Shown: positions 7,336 through 15,895 of the stretch, piece after piece | Position numbering within the stretch: position 1 is the first letter of the stretch | Layout: each line of letters starts with the position of its first letter | Assembly (NCBI GenBank): GCA_029261095.1 | Contig: JAJDBZ010000381.1 | Coordinates: forward strand, 1 to 35,931 | Source: Candidatus Omnitrophota bacterium | GTDB lineage: Bacteria; Hinthialibacterota; Hinthialibacteria; OLB16 | DNA: 35,931 nucleotides | Direction of reading: 5' to 3' | Notes under the pieces: model-generated | What the model was told of the DNA's origin: nothing | The model's input: only the letters and a program-made list of their open reading frames with translations | Database searches by the model: none | Program-made: the position numbers and the translations under genes

Positions 7336-9174
7336 TTAGACAACCGGTTCTTTCTCGGTATCGCCCGACCAGATCCGTGAGAGGTCGCATCCCCCATAGA
7401 CCGGAAGAGAGGCCCATTGTGAGGCGGATGCCCCGGAGTCTTCAAGCCCATGGTTCAATACCTGAAACGCGCGGCTCCCATCGCGGTAGATGGTGATCCC
7501 TTTGCAACCGAGACGATGGGAGAGGAGGTAGGCATCGGCGACATCTTCCAGCTTCGCCTCGTGATGGAAGTTGATGGTTTTCGACACCGCGTTATCGGTG
7601 TGTTTCTGGAAGGCCGCCTGCATTCGGACATGCTGTTCGGGGGATAGGTCGCGCGTCGTAACAAACAGATCGGCCACCTTCTCCGGGATCCCCTCAATCT
7701 CATGCAGCGCTTCTCCCGCAGCCACCCGACTGAGGAGTTTTTCGGAATAAAAACCCTCCTCTAATGCTCGGGATTTGAAGATGGGGTGCACCTCCACAAG
7801 ACGGTCGTTGTCCATCACATTCCGCCAGTAACAGATCCCAAAAAGAGGTTCGATCCCGCTCGAACAACCCGCGATGATGCTGATCGTCCCGGTCGGAGCG
7901 ACTGTGGTGGTGGTGGCGTTGCGCAGAGGCGGATATCCTTGACCCGGCCAGATGCTCTTCTCGAAATCAACGAACGGCCCTCGTTCGATGGCCAAGTCGG
8001 CGCTCGCTTTCTTGCTTTCGTCCTGAATGAATTTCATGAGACGATCGCCTTCTTCAAAGGAGGCGGCGGAACCATAAGGAATTTCGCGGAGGATGAGATA
8101 ATCGGCGAAACCCATGATCCCCAACCCGATCTTTCGGTTGCGTTCGGTGATCTCTTGAATTTGAGCCAGAGGGTAATTGTTTAATGCAATCACATTATCC
8201 AAGAAACGCACAGCTTGGTGAACGCGGACCTTGAGACGGTCCCAATCGACCTCCCGCGTCTGGGGGTGGACAAATTTCGAAACATTGAGCGACCCGAGAT
8301 TACAGGACTCGTAGGGCAGCAAGGGCTGCTCGCCGCAAGGGTTCGTGCTCTCGTATTCGCCCACATCCGGAGTCGGATTGTCCGCGTTGAGTCGGTCGAG
8401 AAAGACGACACCTGGATCGCCATTCTTCCAGGCCCCTTTGACGATTCGCCAGAAAACTTCGCGCGCGGGAAGCGAGTCGACCTTCTGACCGTTGCGGGGC
8501 GAGATCAGATCGTACTGACCCCCCTCTTCGACTGCTTTAAAAAAGTCTTCGGTCAGAGCGACCGAAATATTAAAGTTGTTGAGAGTGTCACCCGATTCCT
8601 TGCATTCGATGAATTCCAAAATATCGGGATGGTCCACACGTAGAATACCCATGTTGGCCCCACGCCGCGTCCCTCCCTGTTTGATGGTGTCGGTGGCCGC
8701 GTCAAAAACCGACATGAAGGAGATCGGACCGCTCGACACCCCTTGAGTCGATTGAACCACAGATTCCTTCGGTCTTAGCCTCGAAAAAGAAAACCCGGTA
8801 CCACCCCCCGATTTATGAATGAGCGCCGCGTGCTTAACCGATTCGAAAATCCCTTCGAGCGAATCCTCCACGGGGAGGACAAAGCAGGCGGCGAGCTGAC
8901 CAAGTTCTCTTCCCGCGTTCATCAGTGTGGGCGAGTTGGGAAGGAACTCGAGACGGGTCATCATTTCGTAGTAGGTTTCCGCCCACTCCTCCTGGTTTTG
9001 TCCGGTTTCTAGAACCCCCTCGCCAGTCGCCATGAAGGTCGCCACCCGATGAAACATCTCCTCCGGTTTCTCCAACAAATGTCCCCGTTCATCGCGCTTG
9101 AGATAGCGACGTTCGAGAACCCGTTTGGAGTTCTCAGTGAGGGTGAGGAAAGGATTTTCAGGTAGGGTTGGCAT
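7336..9174 (-). CDS. nrdJ: Class II (adenosylcobalamin-dependent) ribonucleotide reductase
   Basis: FLPNSPTLMNAG, LAACFVL, GGTRRGANM, TNPCGEQPL, ESCNLGS, VAPTGTIS, AVSKTIN, KGITIYRDGSR. No ATP cone and no beta subunit gene nearby. Confidence 0.93.
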   Translation of the reverse strand: MPTLPENPFLTLTENSKRVLERRYLKRDERGHLLEKPEEMFHRVATFMATGEGVLETGQNQEEWAETYYEMMTRLEFLPNSPTLMNAGRELGQLAACFVLPVEDSLEGIFESVKHAALIHKSGGGTGFSFSRLRPKESVVQSTQGVSSGPISFMSVFDAATDTIKQGGTRRGANMGILRVDHPDILEFIECKESGDTLNNFNISVALTEDFFKAVEEGGQYDLISPRNGQKVDSLPAREVFWRIVKGAWKNGDPGVVFLDRLNADNPTPDVGEYESTNPCGEQPLLPYESCNLGSLNVSKFVHPQTREVDWDRLKVRVHQAVRFLDNVIALNNYPLAQIQEITERNRKIGLGIMGFADYLILREIPYGSAASFEEGDRLMKFIQDESKKASADLAIERGPFVDFEKSIWPGQGYPPLRNATTTTVAPTGTISIIAGCSSGIEPLFGICYWRNVMDNDRLVEVHPIFKSRALEEGFYSEKLLSRVAAGEALHEIEGIPEKVADLFVTTRDLSPEQHVRMQAAFQKHTDNAVSKTINFHHEAKLEDVADAYLLSHRLGCKGITIYRDGSRAFQVLNHGLEDSGASASQWASLPVYGGCDLSRIWSGDTEKEPVV

Positions 9175-9265
9175 TCTAATCCTTGATCGACTTCTTCCAA
9201 AGATTTTATTTGGTTAGTATGGTGGCCTCAGGGTCTGATAACAAAGGAAACGAATCTCATGATTC

Positions 9266-9281
9266 CTCCTATATTTTGATC
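9266..9281. promoter_or_regulatory. Candidate NrdR box upstream of nrdJ
   Basis: ctcCTATATTTTGatc matches the conserved core CWANATNTWG of the NrdR box, ~90 nt upstream of the nrdJ start. A weaker 8/10 core (CAATATGTGC) starts at 9299, 30 nt from the first core. Confidence 0.45.
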
Positions 9282-9337
9282 CAATGGGCCGGTGGTGTCA
9301 ATATGTGCACTATCGCCTGTATGAAAGGGGCCAAACT

Positions 9338-9787
9338 ATGGAAAAAATCGGTTGGTTGTTTCATGGGTTTCATCTGCTGGCGGTGGTCATCGCGGTGGGG
9401 GGAACGTTTTGTTTGAGGTTCGTGGTCTGTCCGAGATTGGGCGAGGGAGAATCGGCTGCGGAGACTCGGAACGCCATCCTCAAGAAGTGGCGGCCCATTG
9501 TCTGGGCAATGATTATCCTCATCACCATCACCGGCCTCGCCAATGTCCACGCCGCTTTTAATCGGGTCGGCACCGATTTCATTTATTGGTGTGTCTTCCT
9601 GGTCAAATTCTTCGCGGCGATGCTCCTTTTCGGGATCGCGCTGATGCTCACGCTGCCCATCGAGGGTCTGGCCAAGGTGCGCGAGAACCGTGACCGATGG
9701 ATGCGCCACATCATCGAGATCGGAACAGTCATTCTCTTCCTCTCCGCCTATCTTCGGTACTTTCGTGTCGAGGACATCGCGGGATGA
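9338..9787 (+). CDS. Four-TM membrane protein, CopD/DUF4149-like
   Basis: Start at ATG 9338 after AAGGGG; HLLAVVIAVGG first helix; four hydrophobic segments. Confidence 0.65.
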   Translation: MEKIGWLFHGFHLLAVVIAVGGTFCLRFVVCPRLGEGESAAETRNAILKKWRPIVWAMIILITITGLANVHAAFNRVGTDFIYWCVFLVKFFAAMLLFGIALMLTLPIEGLAKVRENRDRWMRHIIEIGTVILFLSAYLRYFRVEDIAG

Positions 9788-10197
9788 AGCGAACGGTTTC
9801 GCTTCCCCACAAGAGGGCAGAGGTTTATCATGCATTCATGGACCCGATTCTTCTTTCGGGTTGGTTGAATGTCCCGTATGTCAGCACCGGGCATGGGGAA
9901 CTGCACCTTTTTGAAATCGAGGATTGGAACAAAAATCATCCCTGGAAGATCCGATGTTTTATCCTGGACAGCATTCGGGATGAGAGTTTTCGCATCGAAA
10001 AGGATGAGATCGGCGATCATCATAAACCGGGTCTCGATCTTCGGTTAGTGGATTCCGAACAGGGGTGCGAACTTAGTCTGGAGTGGGAGGATTCCTACTT
10101 CGACCGACTCGCGAAAGAACTGCTCGACCCTCGCGGACACCTACGATTGGGCCACCTGATCGCGGTCGAGACAACCGATGCTTCGGAAACCCCCTGA
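9784..10197 (+). CDS. SRPBCC/AHSA1-like domain protein
   Basis: ATGA overlap with the previous gene. RTVSLPHKRAEVYHAFMDPILLSGWL fits the AHSA1-type N-terminal pattern (VwxAfTDPxxLxxW). Confidence 0.6.
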   Translation: MKRTVSLPHKRAEVYHAFMDPILLSGWLNVPYVSTGHGELHLFEIEDWNKNHPWKIRCFILDSIRDESFRIEKDEIGDHHKPGLDLRLVDSEQGCELSLEWEDSYFDRLAKELLDPRGHLRLGHLIAVETTDASETP

Positions 10198-12803
10198 TGA
10201 GCCTCAACCCCTACGCGAAAACAGTCTCCGATAGAAAACGGAGAACAGGGTTTGTTGTCTTTTCCATCCTCTACTGGGCTCTCTTCTTTCTCTTCGCCGA
10301 AACCACGATTGTCGGAGATGGCATCCACTACCACACCTTCTTCCCTGCCCTTCTCTCCGACCGCAACCTGAACCTGGCCGATGAGTTTGTCGCCTATCCC
10401 CAGGGTTCCCCCTTCGCCATCGGGTTCAAACTTCTTCCCACGGGTTATGCCGCGAACCCCTACCCCTTCGGGTCCAGTCTCCTTCAACTCCCGTTCCTCA
10501 TCGGCGCCTGGGTTTACGATCGAACGGTCGGTCTCGCCTCGGAGATAGGAATCCATGATTTTCTTTCCGCGCCCTATCTGGTCGCCCAGATCCTGTCGAC
10601 TTGGTTCTATTGCTGGATCGGATGCTTCTGCCTTTGGCGCATTCTCGAAAAACTATTTCGGACCGATGATTCATTCTTGATCGTCCTTTCGATGGTGACC
10701 GCCACACCACTCTTGAACTACCTGATACACGATCCCGCTTATTCCCATGCCTATAGTTTTTTCGCGGTCAGCTTTTTCTATTTCCTGTGGTTCTGTGTTT
10801 CGAGAAAAGATTCCTTCGCTTCCGGTCTACTGATCGGCGCGGCGGGTGGGTTGGTCTTCCTCGTGCGATGGCAGGATGTTCTCTTCCTCTTTCCGGCGGC
10901 AGTTTATTCGATCGGAATGGGCCTACGGGGTGTGGAAACCGAAGGAGAGTCGACGCGTCTCCGGCAACGCTTCGCTTTCGTCGCGGGGGGCCTCATCGGT
11001 TTCCTCGCTTGGATCTCTCCCCAACTCATCTACTGGAACATCCTTTATGGGTCACCGGTCCTTGTCCCGCTGGGGGAAAAGATCTATAGCGAGGGGTACT
11101 ATTTTCAAGAATCCCTCTTCTCCAAAAAGAACGGTCTTTTCAAGTGGCACCCGCTGACCCTGGCGGCCACTATCGGACTCATTTGGATGGCTTACAAAAA
11201 ACGGTGGCTCTGGTGGATTTTGCCCGCGATGATCCTCCAGTTTCTTTTCATCGGATCGCTCGCCGATTGGACCGGGTCCTATGCCTTCGGACAGAGACGC
11301 TGGGTGAGCGGTCTCCCCTTTTGGGCGATGGGTCTCGCGGCGCTCTTTTCAATCCGGTGGAAACCCTGGCGGTGGTTGTTGCGCGCCGGAATCCTCTACC
11401 TCATCGTGTGGAACTTTCTAGTCTTTCAAGTCTGGCATGGCGGGTTCTTCGAGGGGGGGCGTCACAGCACCAGCAAAGTCTTTTGGATGCTTCAGAACAC
11501 ACCAGAGTTTATTTTCGGAGACCTCTTTCAGCTCGCTTTCTTCCCCAACCTGATGGAAGAGGGTTCCCCCCGACGCCTCTCTCTCTTCCTGCTCGCTTTC
11601 CTCCTGACACTCCTCACCGCTTCGGCGGCGATCGTTTTCTTGAACCGACCCCTTGGCAGGAGAGCGGTCATGGCCCTGGCGCTTCCGATGACGGTCATCC
11701 CCCTTGTGCTGGGTGGAAGTTTTGTCCTGGCGGATCGAACGAGCGCGGTTTCACTTCAAGCCGATCTCATGGCGACTCTGTCCACCCCCGGGCAATCCCT
11801 TCCCCTGATCCCAGTGAAAAAGGGGAAGGCCGAGATTTACGCTGGTGTGAAAAGTTCGTTGATACTCGGACCGAAGCGGAAAACCTCTCTCCGAATTCAA
11901 AACCCACAAGTGGTCTCCGAGTTGAATCTGATTGGGTACCTCTCTTCAGCGGCGCCCGAAATCGAAAAGGGACAGGAGTGCCTGCGAATGGTGATCTCCG
12001 GGTTGGAAGGGAAGGAATCGAAAACGGTCCATGTGGGGGAGGAATTCGATTTTCCCTCCCCCGAGTTCGGAAGGATTCGCGAAGCGAGTGGCGCCCTCGA
12101 CCCTCAGACAGTGGAACTGGATGAGGGGGGAACCGTTTATTTTTCCTATGGTGTCGAGTTTCCCTTTTCCTCGCAGGTCGTGCGGGCGGTTACCCTCGAA
12201 AACCTCCTCCCCATGGGAGAGATCGGAATTGAGGCGGTTTCCTTAATCCCGATGAAATTTGAACGGGATGAAATAAGCGCGGTATCACCTGAAAGTCTTG
12301 TCGGTGGTCCCGCCGAGTTGAATCTGAATCCCGTTTACAACGATTCCATCGCTGACCTCGCGCCTCCATTGGGATTCATCCCGGGTGCCACTCTGGAATG
12401 GCGAGGGATTCCCTTTTCAATTTCGGATTCGACCGGATCAGCCTGCCTAAACACAGGAATCGAGCCCCTCCCCCTGAGTTTCTCGACCCCTGTGCGGCCC
12501 GTGGAATGCCAGGCGATTCAATTCTTGCTGACCGAGGAGGGAGCTTCCCCCGGGGATGAGGGACCGATCGCCACTCTACGACTTCATTTTTCGGATGGTG
12601 GGTCGGCTGGCGAGACGGTTTACACCTCCGATCTAAAGGGTGACTATTGGTCGGTTTCAACCAGTGAGGGTGGCCGGCCCGGGTTGTATGTGAAAACGGT
12701 TTTGGTCCCCAGCATGAGCGGCCCGCTCATCGGCTTGGAAATTGAACGCGATCACCAAATCGAACGGGCCTTGGTGATTCTTGCCGCGACAGCGGTCCCT
12801 TGA
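10197..12803 (+). CDS. Polytopic GT-C-type glycosyltransferase with large C-terminal extracytoplasmic beta domains
   Basis: TGATG coupling at 10197; first-loop motif GDGIHY...SDRNLNLADEF...NPYPFG; YSHA, LVRWQD, WTGSYAFGQRR; roughly 13 TM segments, then ~350 aa soluble region. Confidence 0.72.
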   Translation: MSLNPYAKTVSDRKRRTGFVVFSILYWALFFLFAETTIVGDGIHYHTFFPALLSDRNLNLADEFVAYPQGSPFAIGFKLLPTGYAANPYPFGSSLLQLPFLIGAWVYDRTVGLASEIGIHDFLSAPYLVAQILSTWFYCWIGCFCLWRILEKLFRTDDSFLIVLSMVTATPLLNYLIHDPAYSHAYSFFAVSFFYFLWFCVSRKDSFASGLLIGAAGGLVFLVRWQDVLFLFPAAVYSIGMGLRGVETEGESTRLRQRFAFVAGGLIGFLAWISPQLIYWNILYGSPVLVPLGEKIYSEGYYFQESLFSKKNGLFKWHPLTLAATIGLIWMAYKKRWLWWILPAMILQFLFIGSLADWTGSYAFGQRRWVSGLPFWAMGLAALFSIRWKPWRWLLRAGILYLIVWNFLVFQVWHGGFFEGGRHSTSKVFWMLQNTPEFIFGDLFQLAFFPNLMEEGSPRRLSLFLLAFLLTLLTASAAIVFLNRPLGRRAVMALALPMTVIPLVLGGSFVLADRTSAVSLQADLMATLSTPGQSLPLIPVKKGKAEIYAGVKSSLILGPKRKTSLRIQNPQVVSELNLIGYLSSAAPEIEKGQECLRMVISGLEGKESKTVHVGEEFDFPSPEFGRIREASGALDPQTVELDEGGTVYFSYGVEFPFSSQVVRAVTLENLLPMGEIGIEAVSLIPMKFERDEISAVSPESLVGGPAELNLNPVYNDSIADLAPPLGFIPGATLEWRGIPFSISDSTGSACLNTGIEPLPLSFSTPVRPVECQAIQFLLTEEGASPGDEGPIATLRLHFSDGGSAGETVYTSDLKGDYWSVSTSEGGRPGLYVKTVLVPSMSGPLIGLEIERDHQIERALVILAATAVP

Positions 12804-12830
12804 TATGCGGTCTTTTGAAAGGACAGAACA

Positions 12831-13484
12831 ATGACCGATTCCATGACTCTCAAAGAAAGAATTGGCGATCTCGGTGTGGTTTCGATCCTGGTGATCGATG
12901 ATGTGGATGAAGCTCTCCGTGTAGGAGAAGCGCTCATGAAGGGGGGGCTCCCCTCCATGGAGATCACCTTCCGAACCGAAGCCGCTTTTGAGGGCATTCG
13001 TGCTCTGGTCAAAAACTTTCCCGAGGCCTTGGTCGGGGCCGGGACAATCCTCACCGATGACAATCTCTTACTCGCTCAGGATGCCGGTGCGCAGTTTGTG
13101 GTCACCCCAGGACTCAGCCCGCTTGTGGTCGAAAGAGCCATCGAAATTGGAATGCCGATGTATCCCGGTGTGATGACCCCCGGTGATGTAGAGAGGGGTC
13201 TTGGTTACGGATTGGACATTTTGAAGTTTTTCCCCGCCGGTGAGGCTGGGGGGGTTGGCATGATGAAGGCTCTTTCCGGCCCCTATGCCCACACCGGAGT
13301 CCAATTCATCCCCACCGGCGGAGTCAATTCGAACAACCTTTCCGATTATCTCTCACTCCCGATTGTCCTGGCCTGTGGCGGCACCTGGATCGCGAGCAAA
13401 GACCGTATCAAGAACGGGGATTGGGATGGCATCGAAGCGACCGCAAAAGAAACGGTGGAGATTGTCAAAACGGCGCGGGGTTAG
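12831..13484 (+). CDS. eda: KDPG/KHG aldolase
   Basis: MEITFRT, LVGAGT, GAQFVVTPG, LKFFPA (Schiff-base Lys), FIPTGGV, ACGGTW. Confidence 0.95.
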   Translation: MTDSMTLKERIGDLGVVSILVIDDVDEALRVGEALMKGGLPSMEITFRTEAAFEGIRALVKNFPEALVGAGTILTDDNLLLAQDAGAQFVVTPGLSPLVVERAIEIGMPMYPGVMTPGDVERGLGYGLDILKFFPAGEAGGVGMMKALSGPYAHTGVQFIPTGGVNSNNLSDYLSLPIVLACGGTWIASKDRIKNGDWDGIEATAKETVEIVKTARG

Positions 13485-13491
13485 TGTTCTG

Positions 13492-13548
13492 TGCTGGAAC
13501 ACTGACCTCATGTTGCTGGAACGTGGCTCGTGGTGCTGGAACGTGGCT
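13492..13548. repeat. Short tandem repeat TGCTGGAAC x3
   Basis: Copies at 13492, 13514 and 13534. The last two extend to TGCTGGAACGTGGCT; the third begins the composite repeat. Confidence 0.8.
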
Positions 13549-13691
13549 GTGCCTCGTTCCTTTCCCCGCATCGGATTCCCATCCGATGTGAGACAGCATG
13601 AACAATAAAATGACGGAACCGATTTCAGCCGCGACGAGTTAAAACTCGTCGCTACTCACACGAAACCCACACCTATCGGTGTGGGTTGAGG
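13536..13691. repeat. Composite REP-like palindromic element, left copy (inverted relative to 15709..15869)
   Basis: Four hairpin modules: GGAACGTGGC..GCCTCGTTCC, CATCGGATTCCCATCCGATG, GCGACGAGTTAAAACTCGTCGC+TAC, AACCCACACC..GGTGTGGGTT. The same modules occur reverse-complemented at 15709..15869. Confidence 0.85.
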
Positions 13692-13709
13692 ATCTGATCC
13701 AAATATCAA

Positions 13710-13738
13710 TTGACGAAATGTCCACCCACTACTAGACT
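13710..13738 (+). promoter_or_regulatory. Sigma70-type promoter of the beta-helix gene (near-leaderless)
   Basis: TTGACG-N17-TAGACT, 9 nt before ATG 13748; no Shine-Dalgarno sequence. Confidence 0.65.
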
Positions 13739-13747
13739 TTTGTAGAA

Positions 13748-15133
13748 ATGATCGTCTATCGAGTCGCCCTGCTCATCGCTATATTCTCCCTCCCGGCTGC
13801 GGCGGCAACCCACCATGTCTCGAAGGATGGTAACGGGACCGATGGACAAACCTGGAAAAGGGCCTTCCCCGCCATCGGCGAAGCGCTCGCCCTAGCCTCG
13901 GCCGGTGACGAAGTGTGGGTCGCAAGTGGGACCTATCATGAGGTGATCGAATTGCCGACCGGCGTGGCATTGTTCGGAGGGTTCCATCCACCGTCGCAGG
14001 TGACGGAGTTCGAGGACCGAGATTGGAAATCGTTTGAATCGATTATAGACGCGACAGGACTTGAAAGGTCCGCCGTCGTTATCCATGCGAGTTGTACAAT
14101 CGATGGATTTACAATCACAGGGGGGTATAGCATTGGCAGAGACGGAGGGGGCATTTCGGTCGGGACCAGGAATACCTCAGGCAGCATCGTGCGGAACAAC
14201 CTCATAACAAGGAACATCTCATTCGGAGGAGGAGGAGGAGGGATTGCTCAATTCCATGGAGCGATTTGCGACAATACGATTAGTCATAATTGGTCGGTTT
14301 TAGACGCCACGATTACCGGTACGGTGGGAAGCGGTCAGGGCGGTGGTCTCTATCGATGTGATGGAGAGATCTATCGCAATGTTATTTCCACTAATAATTT
14401 GGGCAATACCAAATACAGATCTGGTGGCGGTTTGGCTCGTTGTGATGGGGTTATTTCAAAAAATATAATAGTGTCTAACCTTGGGTGGAGCGGGGGAGGT
14501 ATAGCCGGAAGTTCAGGAAGGATAGAAAACAATCTTATAGTGGGAAATATCGCAGAGACTCCACCGAATGAACGGTTACTGAAAGGGATAACAATGGAAT
14601 TCTTGGCCAACGGAGCTGGCTTGGATCAATGTCGTGGAGAAGTGATCAACAACACGATCGTGGATAATATCTCAGAACATAAGCCAGCAGGGATCAGCAT
14701 CTCTATTGTATCGAACTGTATAGCATTCTATAACCTTGTCTCTCAGTCTGGTGAGCAATCCGATATAGGGCTCGAATCTTCGGAAAGGTACTGCTGTATC
14801 GGAGTCGATGATAGAACACTTGACGGAAGTCCCGCTGGAGTTGGCAGCATTGGTGATGAACCCAGTTTCGTCGACAGGGAGGGTGGGGACTACCGTCTTC
14901 TATCCAGTTCTCCTTGCATCGACACAGCCACCGACACTGATCTGACCACCGATATCGAGGGAAACCGAAGACCCGTGGACGTGATTGGAGTGGGTCGAGA
15001 CGGCCAGGATGCGTACGATATGGGGGCTTATGAATTTCAAATTCCGAGATCCGACCTCAATGGCGATGGTTACACCAACCACGTGGACCTCATGATCTTC
15101 CAACAAGATTGGATGAAGGTGTCGGGGTCATGA
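13748..15133 (+). CDS. Secreted right-handed beta-helix protein with choice-of-anchor-Q-like segment and C-terminal dockerin/EF-hand-like tail
   Basis: Signal peptide; DGQTWKRAFPAIGEAL..GDEVWVASGTY; IDGFTITGG; repeated GGG(L/I)xxCxGxIxxNxIxxN coils; DYRLLSSSPCID..DIEGNRR..DMGAYE; SDLNGDGYTNHVDLMIFQQDW. Confidence 0.85.
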   Translation: MIVYRVALLIAIFSLPAAAATHHVSKDGNGTDGQTWKRAFPAIGEALALASAGDEVWVASGTYHEVIELPTGVALFGGFHPPSQVTEFEDRDWKSFESIIDATGLERSAVVIHASCTIDGFTITGGYSIGRDGGGISVGTRNTSGSIVRNNLITRNISFGGGGGGIAQFHGAICDNTISHNWSVLDATITGTVGSGQGGGLYRCDGEIYRNVISTNNLGNTKYRSGGGLARCDGVISKNIIVSNLGWSGGGIAGSSGRIENNLIVGNIAETPPNERLLKGITMEFLANGAGLDQCRGEVINNTIVDNISEHKPAGISISIVSNCIAFYNLVSQSGEQSDIGLESSERYCCIGVDDRTLDGSPAGVGSIGDEPSFVDREGGDYRLLSSSPCIDTATDTDLTTDIEGNRRPVDVIGVGRDGQDAYDMGAYEFQIPRSDLNGDGYTNHVDLMIFQQDWMKVSGS

Positions 15134-15190
15134 ACGCTCGGGGTCTTGATCGGTGCAGGAAAACGGATCATACCCAAGGAATTCAAAAAG

Positions 15191-15340
15191 TGTCATTTCG
15201 ACGTTAGGAGAAATCTGATGGGAGAGACACGCTGAATCGACGCCACCGGTTACAATGGGTGAGTCGACTCCTTCGATTTAATTTGAGGTTGGACAAGATC
15301 AACAACACCTATCAGATTTCTCCCTCCGGTCGAAATGACA
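15191..15340. repeat. 150-bp TGTCA-type REP doublet / MITE-like element, copy 1
   Basis: Termini TGTCATTTCGAC..GGAGAAATCTGAT and ATCAGATTTCTCC..GTCGAAATGACA are inverted repeats. Confidence 0.85.
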
Positions 15341-15415
15341 GTGAGTGAAGCATCTGGAGGAATCGAACGTTCAACCCACAACCCGCACCCCCAGGTGCGG
15401 GTTTCGTGTGCATAG

Positions 15416-15466
15416 ATGGACCTCATGATCTTCCAACAAGATTGGATGAAGGTGTCGGGGACATGA
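15416..15466 (+). pseudogene. 3' remnant of a paralog of the beta-helix gene
   Basis: Reads MDLMIFQQDWMKVSGT*, versus VDLMIFQQDWMKVSGS* at the end of 13748..15133. Confidence 0.7.
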
Positions 15467-15523
15467 ACGCGATGCCCTTTGATTGGTGAAGGCAACCTAA
15501 TCATACCCGAGGAGTTCACAAGG

Positions 15524-15673
15524 TGTCATTTCGACGCTAGGAGAAATCTGCTGGGAGAGACACGCTGAACCGAAGCTGCCGTTTACAATGGGGTAGTCGA
15601 CTCTCGAGATTCAGTTTGAGATCGAATTGAACCCACATCATCTATCAGATTTCTCCCTCCGGTCGAAATGACA
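15524..15673. repeat. 150-bp TGTCA-type REP doublet / MITE-like element, copy 2
   Basis: Same inverted termini and length as 15191..15340, offset by 333 bp. Confidence 0.85.
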
Positions 15674-15708
15674 CTTAGTGAAGCATCTTGAGAAATCGAA
15701 CGTTTAAC

Positions 15709-15869
15709 CCTCAACCCGCACCCCCCGTGGTGCGGGTTTCGTGTGCGTAGCGACGCGGTTTTAACCCGTCGCGGACTTCAATCGGTTGGACATGTTTCCC
15801 AACTCTTTCCAAACTCCATCGGATGGGAATCCGACGCCGCCGAGGAACGAGGCGGGAGCCACGTTCCAG
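15709..15869. repeat. Composite REP-like palindromic element, right copy
   Basis: AACCCGCACC..GGTGCGGGTT, GTAGCGACGCGGTTTTAACCCGTCGC, CATCGGATGGGAATCCGACG, GGAACGAGGC..GCCACGTTCCAG; reverse complement aligns module by module with 13536..13691. Confidence 0.85.
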
Positions 15870-15895
15870 GAAATGCCCAGCAACCTCAACCCCCT

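Larger units (their letters stand above)
15084..15750. repeat. Diverged 333-bp tandem repeat (15084..15416 and 15417..15750)
   Basis: Both units begin TGGACCTCATGATCTTCCAACAAGATTGGATGAAGGTGTCGGGG and end GGTGCGGGTTTCGTGTGC(A/G)TAG, with many substitutions in between. Confidence 0.92.

Noticed and set aside
9175-9337. Cobalamin riboswitch upstream of nrdJ
   Set aside because: Short gap shared with a divergent gene; no B12-box or conserved GGGAA/GCCACTG elements recognised.
11144-12124. 326-aa alternate-frame ORF inside the GT-C gene
   Set aside because: Arg/Pro/Ser-rich off-frame translation typical of GC-rich coding DNA.
15084-15466. Diversity-generating retroelement VR/TR pair
   Set aside because: The repeated coding part is nearly identical, differences elsewhere are not adenine-specific, and no reverse transcriptase is in the window.
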